Shown here in pieces: positions 19,128 through 28,329 of a stretch of 64,000 nt of DNA (the stretch's first letter is position 1; each line of letters starts with the position of its first letter). The notes under the pieces are model-generated. The model was given only the letters and a program-made list of their open reading frames with translations. It was not told the DNA's origin and made no database searches. Origin of the DNA: Firmicutes bacterium UBA5449 (GTDB lineage: Bacteria > Bacillota > SHA-98 > UBA4971); contig DIQZ01000035.1 of assembly GCA_002424305.1 (NCBI GenBank), positions 226,335-290,334 of the forward strand, written 5' to 3'. Both the position numbers and the translations under genes were made by a program.

Positions 19128-20456
19128 TTAAGTGGTATACTTTTTAATCTTCCTAACAACAGTGGATTGATTGACTCCGAGGGCTTCCGCCATGTCATAG
19201 GTGGTTTCATGCTTCTCTTGCGCGTGCTTGATTATCTGCCTCTCAACCTCTTCCACAGCCTCGCGCAGAGGCATTATGCCTTTCACTATTACGTTGAGAG
19301 AACCTGTGTCAGCCTCACCTTTGACATATGCCGGCAGATCCTCTACAGAGATCTCCTCTCCTTCTAACGTAACTATAAGTCGTTCCATCAGATTTTCCAA
19401 TTCTCGAACGTTTCCGGGCCAAGAGTACCGTGTCAGGCTCTCTCTTGCTTCCCTGGAAATCGTTTTGTTGTAGCCGTGGGCGCTATTGTGTTTTGCCAGG
19501 AAGTGATATATGAGGGGAATAACGTCATCCCGTCTGTTTCTCAGTGGTGGGATGACTATTGGTACTACGTTTAATCTGTAGAAGAGGTCAGCACGGAACT
19601 CGCCTTTTTCCACCATTCCTGCCAGATCTCTGTTGGTGGCTGCAATTATTCTGATATCAACCTCAATAGGCTGAATCCCGCCAACCCGCGTCAGACGACG
19701 TTCCTGAATCACTTGAAGAAGCTTTACTTGAAGATCAAGAGGAAGATCAGATATCTCATCAAGGAAGAGAGTTCCCAAAGACGCAATCTCTATCATCCCG
19801 GGTTTGCCATCCCGCTTTGCGCCGGTGAACGCGCCTGCTTCGTAACCGAACAGCTCAGATTCAAGAAGGTTTTGAGGAATAGCCCCGCAGTTTATAGTGA
19901 TAAAGGGAGCGTTCCGGCGAAGACTTGCATTATGAATAAATCGCGCGACAACCTCCTTACCCACACCTGATTCACCTAGAATAAGAACGGTACTGGTCAC
20001 CTGCGCTACCTTACCCGCCAAGTGCAACACTCGTCCCATTTCTACGCTGTAGGCGATGATAGCATTGGAAGGAGATTCATGCATCTTGCCATCCCCCGCA
20101 GATTCCCAGGACAGGAGTTCTCGAGCAGTTCTCGTAATACAGTCCTTGCTCACCCCGGGAAGAGCGCGAGCAAAAGCCTGATCAAGATCGCGTGAAACAG
20201 GCCCTCCTGAAGCCAATGCCCAAAGGACTGCCTTCACATTATCTGAAAGCCTCAAAGCGACCTCAGGACATACCCTAAAACACTCTCCGCATCCATCACA
20301 GCGGGACGGGTCTATGATAATCTTGTCTCTTACGAAAGATATGGCATCAACAAGGCATCTTGGAATACAAGAACCACACCTTGTACACTTGTTGTCGTCG
20401 ACAAAGACAAATCCGGGCAATTGGCTCCCTCCCCCACAAGCGGCGTTATACAGCAC
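19128..20456 (-). CDS. Sigma-54-dependent transcriptional activator with an N-terminal 2x[4Fe-4S] ferredoxin domain
   Basis: CTRCGSCIPRC and CDGCGECFRVCP ferredoxin motifs. AAA+ domain with GESGVGKE Walker A and the GAFTGA sigma-54 contact motif. C-terminal Fis-type HTH. Confidence 0.85.
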   Translation of the reverse strand: MLYNAACGGGSQLPGFVFVDDNKCTRCGSCIPRCLVDAISFVRDKIIIDPSRCDGCGECFRVCPEVALRLSDNVKAVLWALASGGPVSRDLDQAFARALPGVSKDCITRTARELLSWESAGDGKMHESPSNAIIAYSVEMGRVLHLAGKVAQVTSTVLILGESGVGKEVVARFIHNASLRRNAPFITINCGAIPQNLLESELFGYEAGAFTGAKRDGKPGMIEIASLGTLFLDEISDLPLDLQVKLLQVIQERRLTRVGGIQPIEVDIRIIAATNRDLAGMVEKGEFRADLFYRLNVVPIVIPPLRNRRDDVIPLIYHFLAKHNSAHGYNKTISREARESLTRYSWPGNVRELENLMERLIVTLEGEEISVEDLPAYVKGEADTGSLNVIVKGIMPLREAVEEVERQIIKHAQEKHETTYDMAEALGVNQSTVVRKIKKYTT

Positions 20457-20493
20457 ATACCAGGCTAAGAGAGACCTATCGTAAGTTACATGC

Positions 20494-22524
20494 CTATGAG
20501 ACTCCCAATTGCTCTTTATACTGGAGAAGATAGAGTTGATAGTAGATACCGCGTCTTGCCAAGAGTTCCTGGTGGGTTCCTATCTCTCTTACCCTTCCTT
20601 TATGGATTACAATAATCTTGTCGGCATTTTGAATCGTTGACAGCCTGTGAGCTACGACAAGCGTGGTCCTTCCACGAATTAGCTTCGTCAGAGCATCTTG
20701 AATAAGGGCTTCAGTCTCAGTATCAATACTTGAGGTAGCCTCATCCAAAACGAGAATAGCAGGATCTCGCGCAAGTGCTCTTGCAAATGCCAGAAGTTGC
20801 CGCTCACCGCTGGATAATGTGGCGCCCCTCTCCCTGACTCGCGCCTCATATTTCCCCGGGAGTTTACTTATGAACCTATCAGCATTGACATACCGCGCAG
20901 CTTTCAGCACTTCTTCGTCAGTAATGTCAGAGTCTCCCAGCCTTATATTGCTCTGAATGTCCCCGGTGAACAGGAAGACATCCTGCTGCACCACACCTAT
21001 ATGGCGACGAAGCTCATGTCGAGGTATAGTACGAATGTCAACTCCGTCAATGAGTATCTGTCCCCGGGATATCTCATACATCCGTCCAATCAGGCTGATA
21101 ATGGAAGTCTTGCCTGCGCCTGTAGCACCTACGAAAGCACATGTTTCACCTGGCTCAACTCGGAAACTGACATCCCTTAGAACCCAGTCCCCTTCGTTGT
21201 ATGCAAACCATACATTCTTGAACTCAATCTCTCCCCTCGGCCTTGGGAAAGCCATGGGTAAGGTAGGATCAAGCTCAAGGTCATTAGCATCAAGGAGTAT
21301 GAAAATTCGTTCCGCAGAAGCCATGGCAGACTGCATAATATCGTACTTTTCAGTAAGATCGTTAATGGGACGAAAAAACTGTTGCAAATAATTGATAAAA
21401 GCGAAGAGCATACCAAATTCCAAGGTTCCTGCGATTACACGCCGCCCGCCAAACCATATCAAAAGAGCAAGGGCAAGAGAAGAAATAAGCTCAATCGCAG
21501 GTCTGAAAATCGCGTTTATTTTGAGCCTTTGCATGGTCGCACCGAAGTAATCTCGATTGATCTTATCAAATTCCTGAAATTTCTTCTTCTCTCTACCAAA
21601 AATCTGAATTATCCGCATGCCTGAGATGCTTTCAGCCAAAGTAGCATTAATCCTGGCGAGTCTCATCCTGACTGCTCTATATGCATCCCTGGCTTTGATG
21701 CGAAACAGAGCTGTGGCCCCAAATATTACAGGGAGCATAGCAAAACTGACTAACGCAAGCCCAACGTTCATCTTCAACATCACTATGACAATCCCTATCA
21801 GCAAGAAGACGTCCTTGAACAAATTCACCAGAACCGCAGTATACATCTCATTTAATGCGTCCATGTCATTTGTAACTCTGGTAACAAGACGTCCAATAGG
21901 ATTCTTGTCGAAGAAGGATAAAGACAGACCCTGCAAATGCTGAAACAGCTCAAGCCTCATGCTTGATATGATCTTTAGGCCTGTGTACTGAAGAATGTAT
22001 ACCTGTACGTAATTAAGAAGAAAAGCCAGAGTTAAGGCGCCGAACAAAATTAGAGCCAGCTTCGTCACAGCACGGACATCATATTCTTTGAAGACACTTA
22101 AATCAGCGGAAGTAAGCTCCCGCTTTATGATATCACCGTGCAACTCCATTATCAGATAATGCTTGTCTCCCTCCTGCCTAATTTCGGCAGGAACAGGCTC
22201 TCCTGCGATGTCGGAACCTGACTTGTCAAAACCTTTTTTCAGTTCCCGCTCGCGGACAAATATGTATTCATCAAATGCAATACCCCGCCGAGGTTCATTA
22301 CCCGGAGTAAATGCCAGCATGGGTTCGTCAAGGGCATTCATGTGATCATCTATAGCTACTTTCATGAGATACGGCTGCACTAGATCCAGTCCTGTAATAA
22401 ACAGTAACAGTACTATGCAGACCAGAAGGAGACGCCAGTATGGTATGGCATACTTGAGCAGCCTCTTCATGAGTCTCTTATCGTACGCTTTGCCCAACAC
22501 GTCATCTTCATAATGGTTTGCCAT
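20494..22524 (-). CDS. ABC exporter, fused permease-ATPase (MsbA/YheH-like half transporter)
   Basis: 6-TM domain plus Walker A GATGAGKTS, signature LSSGERQ and Walker B ILVLDEATS. There is an extra extracellular insertion of about 100 aa between TM1 and TM2. Confidence 0.85.
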   Translation of the reverse strand: MANHYEDDVLGKAYDKRLMKRLLKYAIPYWRLLLVCIVLLLFITGLDLVQPYLMKVAIDDHMNALDEPMLAFTPGNEPRRGIAFDEYIFVRERELKKGFDKSGSDIAGEPVPAEIRQEGDKHYLIMELHGDIIKRELTSADLSVFKEYDVRAVTKLALILFGALTLAFLLNYVQVYILQYTGLKIISSMRLELFQHLQGLSLSFFDKNPIGRLVTRVTNDMDALNEMYTAVLVNLFKDVFLLIGIVIVMLKMNVGLALVSFAMLPVIFGATALFRIKARDAYRAVRMRLARINATLAESISGMRIIQIFGREKKKFQEFDKINRDYFGATMQRLKINAIFRPAIELISSLALALLIWFGGRRVIAGTLEFGMLFAFINYLQQFFRPINDLTEKYDIMQSAMASAERIFILLDANDLELDPTLPMAFPRPRGEIEFKNVWFAYNEGDWVLRDVSFRVEPGETCAFVGATGAGKTSIISLIGRMYEISRGQILIDGVDIRTIPRHELRRHIGVVQQDVFLFTGDIQSNIRLGDSDITDEEVLKAARYVNADRFISKLPGKYEARVRERGATLSSGERQLLAFARALARDPAILVLDEATSSIDTETEALIQDALTKLIRGRTTLVVAHRLSTIQNADKIIVIHKGRVREIGTHQELLARRGIYYQLYLLQYKEQLGVS

Positions 22525-22527
22525 AGT

Positions 22528-24288
22528 CTATATCTCCTCATCGGGGCTGAGCTCCGCTTCGAGCAACTGGCGCTCGTGAATTTCCGCATAGAGTCCCCCT
22601 AGAGCCACAAGAGACTCGTGATCGCCCTGCTCAGCAACCTGCCCTTCATCTAGGACGATGATTTCGTCAGCTTCCTTAAGCGTAGAAATCCTGTGGGATA
22701 TGAGAATAGTTGTTCTCTCTTGCCTGACATCACGCAGTGACTTGAGAATCCTCTCTTCTGTTCCGGTGTCTACTGCGGAAAAGCAGTCATCGAGAATCAA
22801 GATTTTGGGGTCTTTAATAAGCGCTCTGGCTATTGTAACCCTCTGCTTCTGCCCACCGGAAAGAGTCACTCCGCGCTCACCTATCAACGTATCAAATTCA
22901 TCGGGAAATTCCCGGATATCATCTGCGACTCCTGCAAGTTCTGCAGCGTATTCTACTTCTTCACGAGTCAATTCATCACTTGCAAATGCAATATTACGAC
23001 CGACAGAAGTCGAAAACAAAAAGTCATCCTGTGGAACATAGCCGATATCTCTCCTCAGTATTGACAGAGGAATTTTGGTGATATCTATTCCATCAATAAG
23101 CAGCTCACCCGGGGAAGGATCGTACGCTCTTAGCAGTAGATCCACAAGAGTGCTTTTTCCACTCCCTGTACGGCCGAGAATGCCCAGTGTCATGCCGGCA
23201 GGGATGCAAAGAGCGATCCCATCTAACACCGGAGAAGTTGCCTCCGGATATCGAAATGCCAAATTACGAAATTCGATTCTTCCTTCAATCCCCGGAATGT
23301 CCACTATGTCTTCAGCATCAGTAATCTTAGGTTGCACTCTGAATATCTCGTTAAGCCTGTCCAGGGACGCCATGCCCCGCTGGAGAGTGTTAACTACCCA
23401 ACCTATAGCCATCATGGGCCATATCGCCATTCCGAGATAACCTGTGAATGCCACGAAATCCCCAAGACTTACATCGCCTAAGACAACTAACCTGCCTCCG
23501 TAACCCAAGACTACCACAAAGCTAAGACCGGCCAGATACTGCACAAGGGGTCCGAAAAGGCCCCAAATTCTAACCAGATTCATATTGGTTGCAACGAGCG
23601 TCTCATTTGCCTGCCTAAACTTGGATAACTCAGCCTCTTCCTGAACGAATGCTTTGACGACTCGAATACCGCTAAGATTTTCCTGAACAAAATCAGTGAG
23701 ACCTGCAAAAGCCTCTTGAACCCTGAGAAACCTCGAATGTATGACTCTGGCAAACCGCGTGACAACCAAGGCTACGAAAGGTAAAGGCAGAAGGCCAAGG
23801 AGCACAAGTCGTGTATCAATTGTAGTCAGCATGACAGAGATTGTGGCAATAGAGAGGAATACTGCGTCTACCGTTAGCATTATGCCCTGTCCGAATGCTT
23901 GACGAACTGCGTTAATATCATTGGTAGCGTGCGCCATAAGTTCGCCGGTCTTATGCTTGTTAAAGAAATTCGCTGACAAAGTCTCCAGATGGGCAAAGAA
24001 TTTATTCCGCAGTGTATAGTCAAGAAGCCTCGCGGTTCCAAATATGTAGATTCGCCAAAAATACCTTCCCACTGCAACAAGTAATGCAACTCCGATGATA
24101 AGGAATATGTAACGAAGAAGTCCTTGTTGAGTGAGAGCCCCCTGCCGAAACGCATCAGTCAAATTTCCAAGAAGCCGTGGAACTACCAGTTGAAGAACGT
24201 CAACAGCAACAAGAATTATGACACCTATGACATATCTGTACCGATAGCGCCTAAGGAAGTCACCTAGCACCTGCAATTTTTGCCTCAT
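22528..24288 (-). CDS. ABC exporter, fused permease-ATPase (partner half transporter)
   Basis: GRTGSGKST, LSGGQKQR and ILILDD motifs. It is adjacent to and co-directional with the previous gene, so a heterodimer is likely. Confidence 0.85.
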   Translation of the reverse strand: MRQKLQVLGDFLRRYRYRYVIGVIILVAVDVLQLVVPRLLGNLTDAFRQGALTQQGLLRYIFLIIGVALLVAVGRYFWRIYIFGTARLLDYTLRNKFFAHLETLSANFFNKHKTGELMAHATNDINAVRQAFGQGIMLTVDAVFLSIATISVMLTTIDTRLVLLGLLPLPFVALVVTRFARVIHSRFLRVQEAFAGLTDFVQENLSGIRVVKAFVQEEAELSKFRQANETLVATNMNLVRIWGLFGPLVQYLAGLSFVVVLGYGGRLVVLGDVSLGDFVAFTGYLGMAIWPMMAIGWVVNTLQRGMASLDRLNEIFRVQPKITDAEDIVDIPGIEGRIEFRNLAFRYPEATSPVLDGIALCIPAGMTLGILGRTGSGKSTLVDLLLRAYDPSPGELLIDGIDITKIPLSILRRDIGYVPQDDFLFSTSVGRNIAFASDELTREEVEYAAELAGVADDIREFPDEFDTLIGERGVTLSGGQKQRVTIARALIKDPKILILDDCFSAVDTGTEERILKSLRDVRQERTTILISHRISTLKEADEIIVLDEGQVAEQGDHESLVALGGLYAEIHERQLLEAELSPDEEI

Positions 24289-24525
24289 AATCTTACAACT
24301 CCAAGCACACTCTCATAACCCGGTAGGATCAGATGTCCCCCAAGCTGCTACATTACATTATAACTGTGCCTGCCATCTATCGGCAACTCATTTCCGTGTC
24401 ATTCAGCACTGTAGTAACGCTATCCCGATAGTCTGTGCCAATATTCATCTCATGTATTCCAGCACTTAAACGCCTTCGGGTTGCCAAATATCACGGTTCG
24501 GGCTGAAGGTGAAAAAAAATATCGA

Positions 24526-25479
24526 TCACTTCTGATAGGCGCTTACCCGGAGCAACATTTCCCGCACAATCTTCGCTGCCAGAAGTGAGGTTATGTCTGA
24601 GCAATCCCAAGGAGGAGCAACCTCAACCAAATCAAACCCAACAATATTACACTGACCCAGCAGTCTCACTGCTTCAAGAATCTCCAAGGATGAACAGCCT
24701 CCTGGTTCAGGCGACCCTGTCCCAGGCGCAAAAGCAGGATCCACTACATCTATGTCAAGCGTTACGTAACATGGCAAATCCCCGATAATGCTAAGTGTTT
24801 CAGCGACAGCCTCAGGCAGACACCCTGCAATCCTACTGGGACAGGCGTCTGAATTTGCGAATCTGAATTCCTCCGCTGTTCCGGATCTGATCCCTATCTG
24901 ATAGAGATTGTCCACCCCTACGATTTCAGAAGCCCTCCTCAGGACGGTAGCATGGGATAGCTTCTGACCTGCGTACCTGTGCCTGAAGTCTGCATGAGCA
25001 TCCAGATGAACTATAGCCATGTCTTTCAGCGTTTGTGCCACTGCAGTGATGCAAGGCAAAGTCACCAAATGTTCACCTCCAAGAGCAAATGGGATCTTGC
25101 CGTCACCGACGATTTCACTGATGACTTCCATAATTGCCTCGAGGCTGCCTTCTACATTACCGAGGGGCAACACAACATCGCCGATATCCACAGCCCTTAC
25201 CGATGATAGGCATAAGTCTAATACGGGGCTATAATCCTCCAGAGAATAAGACACATCCCTTATTCTGGACGGACCGTGGCGCGCGCCCGAACGCCAACTG
25301 CTTGTGAGATCCATGGGCAGTCCGACAATGACTATATCGGCTTCGGCATATGAACTGTCAGCGCCAAAGAACCTTTGTCTTCTCTCCAATAAATCATTCA
25401 TCCCGCACTTCCTTCCGGAAGCTATCATATGCATCGAGAGTCTCTCGGCAAGTTGGCCGCCTGTCCCGCAGGCATTCAC
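24526..25479 (-). CDS. speB: Agmatinase (arginase/ureohydrolase family)
   Basis: Binuclear Mn motifs (HLDAHAD, DIDVVDP, SLEILE). It immediately follows pdaD. Confidence 0.8.
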   Translation of the reverse strand: MNACGTGGQLAERLSMHMIASGRKCGMNDLLERRQRFFGADSSYAEADIVIVGLPMDLTSSWRSGARHGPSRIRDVSYSLEDYSPVLDLCLSSVRAVDIGDVVLPLGNVEGSLEAIMEVISEIVGDGKIPFALGGEHLVTLPCITAVAQTLKDMAIVHLDAHADFRHRYAGQKLSHATVLRRASEIVGVDNLYQIGIRSGTAEEFRFANSDACPSRIAGCLPEAVAETLSIIGDLPCYVTLDIDVVDPAFAPGTGSPEPGGCSSLEILEAVRLLGQCNIVGFDLVEVAPPWDCSDITSLLAAKIVREMLLRVSAYQK

Positions 25480-25938
25480 CTAATACCATAGGACAGCTCC
25501 TGCAAACGAGCATCCGGTTTTTTCCACAACGTGTTCTGCCGCCCTTATCATAATTTTCTCCGGAAACTCATTACGAGCAGCCAAGGCTTCCCGCACCATT
25601 TCCTCAACCCGGGCTTCAGCTTCAGCCTTCGTGCACATACCGGTAAACTCCATAATCACACCGAAACTTCCGGACATGATGCCTACACCGATAGCAGCAG
25701 CGATACGCTGACCGGGAACCTCGCCGATAATAACGCCATAGGCGGTTGGTGTAAGAGACCCGGGCGGTATTTCAACTTGGTGAGAATACTCGGCACCGGG
25801 AGGAAGAATACTGGAGACCCTGAGAAGATTCAAATTTCCAACACCTGCTGACAGCAATGCTTTATCAAACGCCGTAAGTGTCGTATCGCCTTCTCCACTT
25901 CCTGCAACTAACGTGAATCTATGTGGTGTTTGCAGCAT
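25480..25938 (-). CDS. pdaD: Pyruvoyl-dependent arginine decarboxylase
   Basis: About 150 aa. Conserved PdaD N-terminus (FTLVAGSGEGDTTLTAFDKALL...) with the serine self-cleavage region. Operon with speB. Confidence 0.8.
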   Translation of the reverse strand: MLQTPHRFTLVAGSGEGDTTLTAFDKALLSAGVGNLNLLRVSSILPPGAEYSHQVEIPPGSLTPTAYGVIIGEVPGQRIAAAIGVGIMSGSFGVIMEFTGMCTKAEAEARVEEMVREALAARNEFPEKIMIRAAEHVVEKTGCSFAGAVLWY

Positions 25939-26018
25939 TCTCTTACCCCCACTCTCCGATAGACTCTGAATCGTATATATACTATGATCACTTGTCTAAA
26001 GCTGCAATATCTATTTTG

Positions 26019-27422
26019 TTACCCAACCATAACTTTTTCTTCAGGATAACGCACCTGCACAACATGCTGCCTCTGAGCAATTGCAGTCGCTATTGTAAGC
26101 GGGCCAAGACGACCGATGAACATAGTTAACATAATGAGAATCTTGCCCAACGCAGTTAAGCGGGAAGTAATTCCGGTGGAGAGGCCTACAGTCCCAAAGG
26201 CAGAGACAGTCTCAAATAATACCTCCAGGAATCCGCACGTCTCTGCTGCAGATAGGATTATGGTTATGAAGACTACTATAGTCAAAGAGATGACTGAAAT
26301 AGCTAAGGCTCTATCAATTATTCTCTTGGGAATTCTCCTTCCATAGACCTCCACATCGTCCCTGCCCTTAATTACGCTTAGAACCGCAAGGAATAGGGCA
26401 GTGAATGTAGTGGTCTTGATTCCCCCGCCGGTAGAGCCGGGAGATGCACCTATGAACATTAAGGTCGCAAGAAAAAAGAGGGTTGCGGGCTTAAGATCCC
26501 CGGTGGGAATAGTGCTAAACCCTGCAGTGCGTGCAGTCACAGCCTGAAAGTACGAACCTACTAACCGCTCCCCTATCCCGAGAGATGCAAGAGTTTTCGG
26601 GTTCCTTCCTTCGAGCAAGAACACACCTGTTGTTCCCAGGGCTATTAATATCACAGTTGCTGAGACAACAAGTTTCGTATGAAGGCTGTGCCTTGAGCCA
26701 AATGGGTTTTCTATGAGTTCTGTTACAACAGTAAAACCCAGGCCTCCAACGATTATTAGGCCGGTTATTACTAGATTCACCCATATGTCTCCTCTATACA
26801 AGGAAAGGCTCTGAAACCCTCCAAACAAGTCGAAACCGGCGTTCGAGAACGCAGAAACAGCATGAAACAACCCATAGTAAGCAGCTCTTGGAAGACTCAT
26901 CTCCTCTGACCATCGAAGTGTGAGAAGAACTGCTCCTATGCCCTCTACAACGACTGTAACCACAATGACTTTCCTAATTAATCTAACCATGCCTTCAAGA
27001 GTCAACTGGTTCATAGCTTCCCGGATTAGTATCCTTTCACGGAGCGTCACCCGCTTTCTAAGAATTAAAAAAACCAGGGTAGACATGGTCATGATACCAA
27101 GACCGCCAATTTGGATAAGACATATTATCACTAGCTGGCCGAAAAGCGAGAATTGATCATAAGTATCTACAACTACAAGCCCGGTTACACAGACTGCAGA
27201 TGTAGAAGTGAAAAGCGCATCCCCAAAGGGAAGCCTGTCTCCGCCTCGGGACGATAGCGGAAGACTAAGCAGCAGGCCTCCTATGGCTATGAGAACAGCA
27301 AAGCCTATCACAAGCACTTTGGGTGGACTCAATCTATCAAAGTTTGCAAAGAGCTTTCGCCACTTCCCTGACATTGCCTCTTGAGTCTCAGCAACCAGCC
27401 CAACCCCTCCAAAATGTCCCAA
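26019..27422 (-). CDS. trkH: Potassium uptake protein TrkH/KtrB family
   Basis: 467 aa. Multiple pore-loop GxG motifs (GLSTG, GFSTIPTG) with repeated membrane-pore-membrane topology. Confidence 0.85.
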   Translation of the reverse strand: MGHFGGVGLVAETQEAMSGKWRKLFANFDRLSPPKVLVIGFAVLIAIGGLLLSLPLSSRGGDRLPFGDALFTSTSAVCVTGLVVVDTYDQFSLFGQLVIICLIQIGGLGIMTMSTLVFLILRKRVTLRERILIREAMNQLTLEGMVRLIRKVIVVTVVVEGIGAVLLTLRWSEEMSLPRAAYYGLFHAVSAFSNAGFDLFGGFQSLSLYRGDIWVNLVITGLIIVGGLGFTVVTELIENPFGSRHSLHTKLVVSATVILIALGTTGVFLLEGRNPKTLASLGIGERLVGSYFQAVTARTAGFSTIPTGDLKPATLFFLATLMFIGASPGSTGGGIKTTTFTALFLAVLSVIKGRDDVEVYGRRIPKRIIDRALAISVISLTIVVFITIILSAAETCGFLEVLFETVSAFGTVGLSTGITSRLTALGKILIMLTMFIGRLGPLTIATAIAQRQHVVQVRYPEEKVMVG

Positions 27423-27536
27423 ATGGACCTAAATCTGATGACAAAATTATATCATTGTCAACCTACTTATCAAGAGGCGCATGATTTAGGCACATAACGT
27501 AGGTGCTCAACTTAGGCTCATACGACTTGAGGCTGT

Positions 27537-27905
27537 TCACGCTACCTTGCGATTTCGTGGATGTGTAGCATCCCCTCGTCGCGCCCTCTGGACATGCGCT
27601 TCCGCCCTAAGTCTGGCTGTCTGGAGTTCTTCTCCTCTCGGAACCCTACCGGTAGCTTTCTTATATTCCTGTATGAAAAGTTCGATGAACTTCTCCATTT
27701 TTTCGTCGCCCTTGATACCCCACTGCTTATAGTGCTCCTCGATGTAGTCTACTATGTCCACGGTGGTATCAGCAATAATCTGGTACTTACGATTTCTCTG
27801 ATATACCTGTAGCCCGTAACCTACAAGAATAATAATCAGAGGTTCCATAACTGACTCGCTGCTTATTACATTCCAGAGCATTTTCAACCACTTCATGTTA
27901 TTCAC
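27537..27905 (-). CDS. Hypothetical small membrane protein with a basic, GC-rich C-terminal tail
   Basis: One predicted TM. No family was recognised. The start may be the second Met. Confidence 0.4.
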   Translation of the reverse strand: MNNMKWLKMLWNVISSESVMEPLIIILVGYGLQVYQRNRKYQIIADTTVDIVDYIEEHYKQWGIKGDEKMEKFIELFIQEYKKATGRVPRGEELQTARLRAEAHVQRARRGDATHPRNRKVA

Positions 27906-28039
27906 CTCCCCGTCATCAAGAATAGAGATTCTTCTCCCTACATGTCTATATTAAGTAGCAACATAAGATTTTGTGCTTCACCGTTGGATGAGGCGTATAG
28001 ACAAGCCTATGACAGTGACGGTTATCGAGGGGATTCTGT

Positions 28040-28068
28040 TTGACACACACACTTGAACTTGCTATGAT
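28040..28068 (+). promoter_or_regulatory. Sigma-A promoter for the tRNA (TTGACA-17-TATGAT)
   Basis: TTGACA at 28040-28045, a 17-nt spacer, and TATGAT at 28063-28068. The tRNA 5' end is 13 nt downstream. Confidence 0.55.
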
Positions 28069-28081
28069 GTACACACAAAGT

Positions 28082-28156
28082 GCGCCTATAGCTCAGGGGA
28101 TAGAGCACCGGCCTCCGGAGCCGGGAGCGCAGGTTCAAGTCCTGCTAGGCGCACCA
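28082..28156 (+). tRNA. tRNA-Arg (anticodon CCG)
   Basis: 75 nt. Acceptor stem GCGCCTA/TAGGCGC, D-loop AGCTCAGGGGATAGAGC, anticodon stem CCGGC/GCCGG with loop CUCCGGA, T-arm GGTTCAAGTCC, and an encoded CCA. Confidence 0.9.
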
Positions 28157-28234
28157 TATTCTCCGGCTTTCTCTGTCAACTCACCCCCTGTCTCCTTTTC
28201 TCCATTTGCTTATTCATAAATTGTATTGAAAACA

Positions 28235-28270
28235 TGACGAAAAAGGATACTTGCACAATATAGCGAATAA
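28235..28270 (+). promoter_or_regulatory. Candidate spo0A control region: an 0A box TGACGAA followed by a sigma-H-like promoter (AGGA-N17-GAAT)
   Basis: TGACGAA at 28235-28241 matches TGNCGAA. AAAGGATAC ... GCGAATAA fits the sigma-H RNAGGAwWW-N11-12-RNNGAAT pattern. It lies about 60 nt upstream of the spo0A ATG. Confidence 0.4.
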
Positions 28271-28329
28271 AGCCAATGGGGTAAATTGCCAAAACTTGAT
28301 CCTCCGGGGGAATCAGGGGGTACATGTAA

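Noticed and set aside
19094-19132. Palindromes at the 3' end of the sigma-54 regulator gene as its intrinsic terminator
   Set aside because: No U-tract follows on the minus strand, and the second palindrome overlaps the stop codon. They are better kept as candidate protein-binding (UAS) sites.
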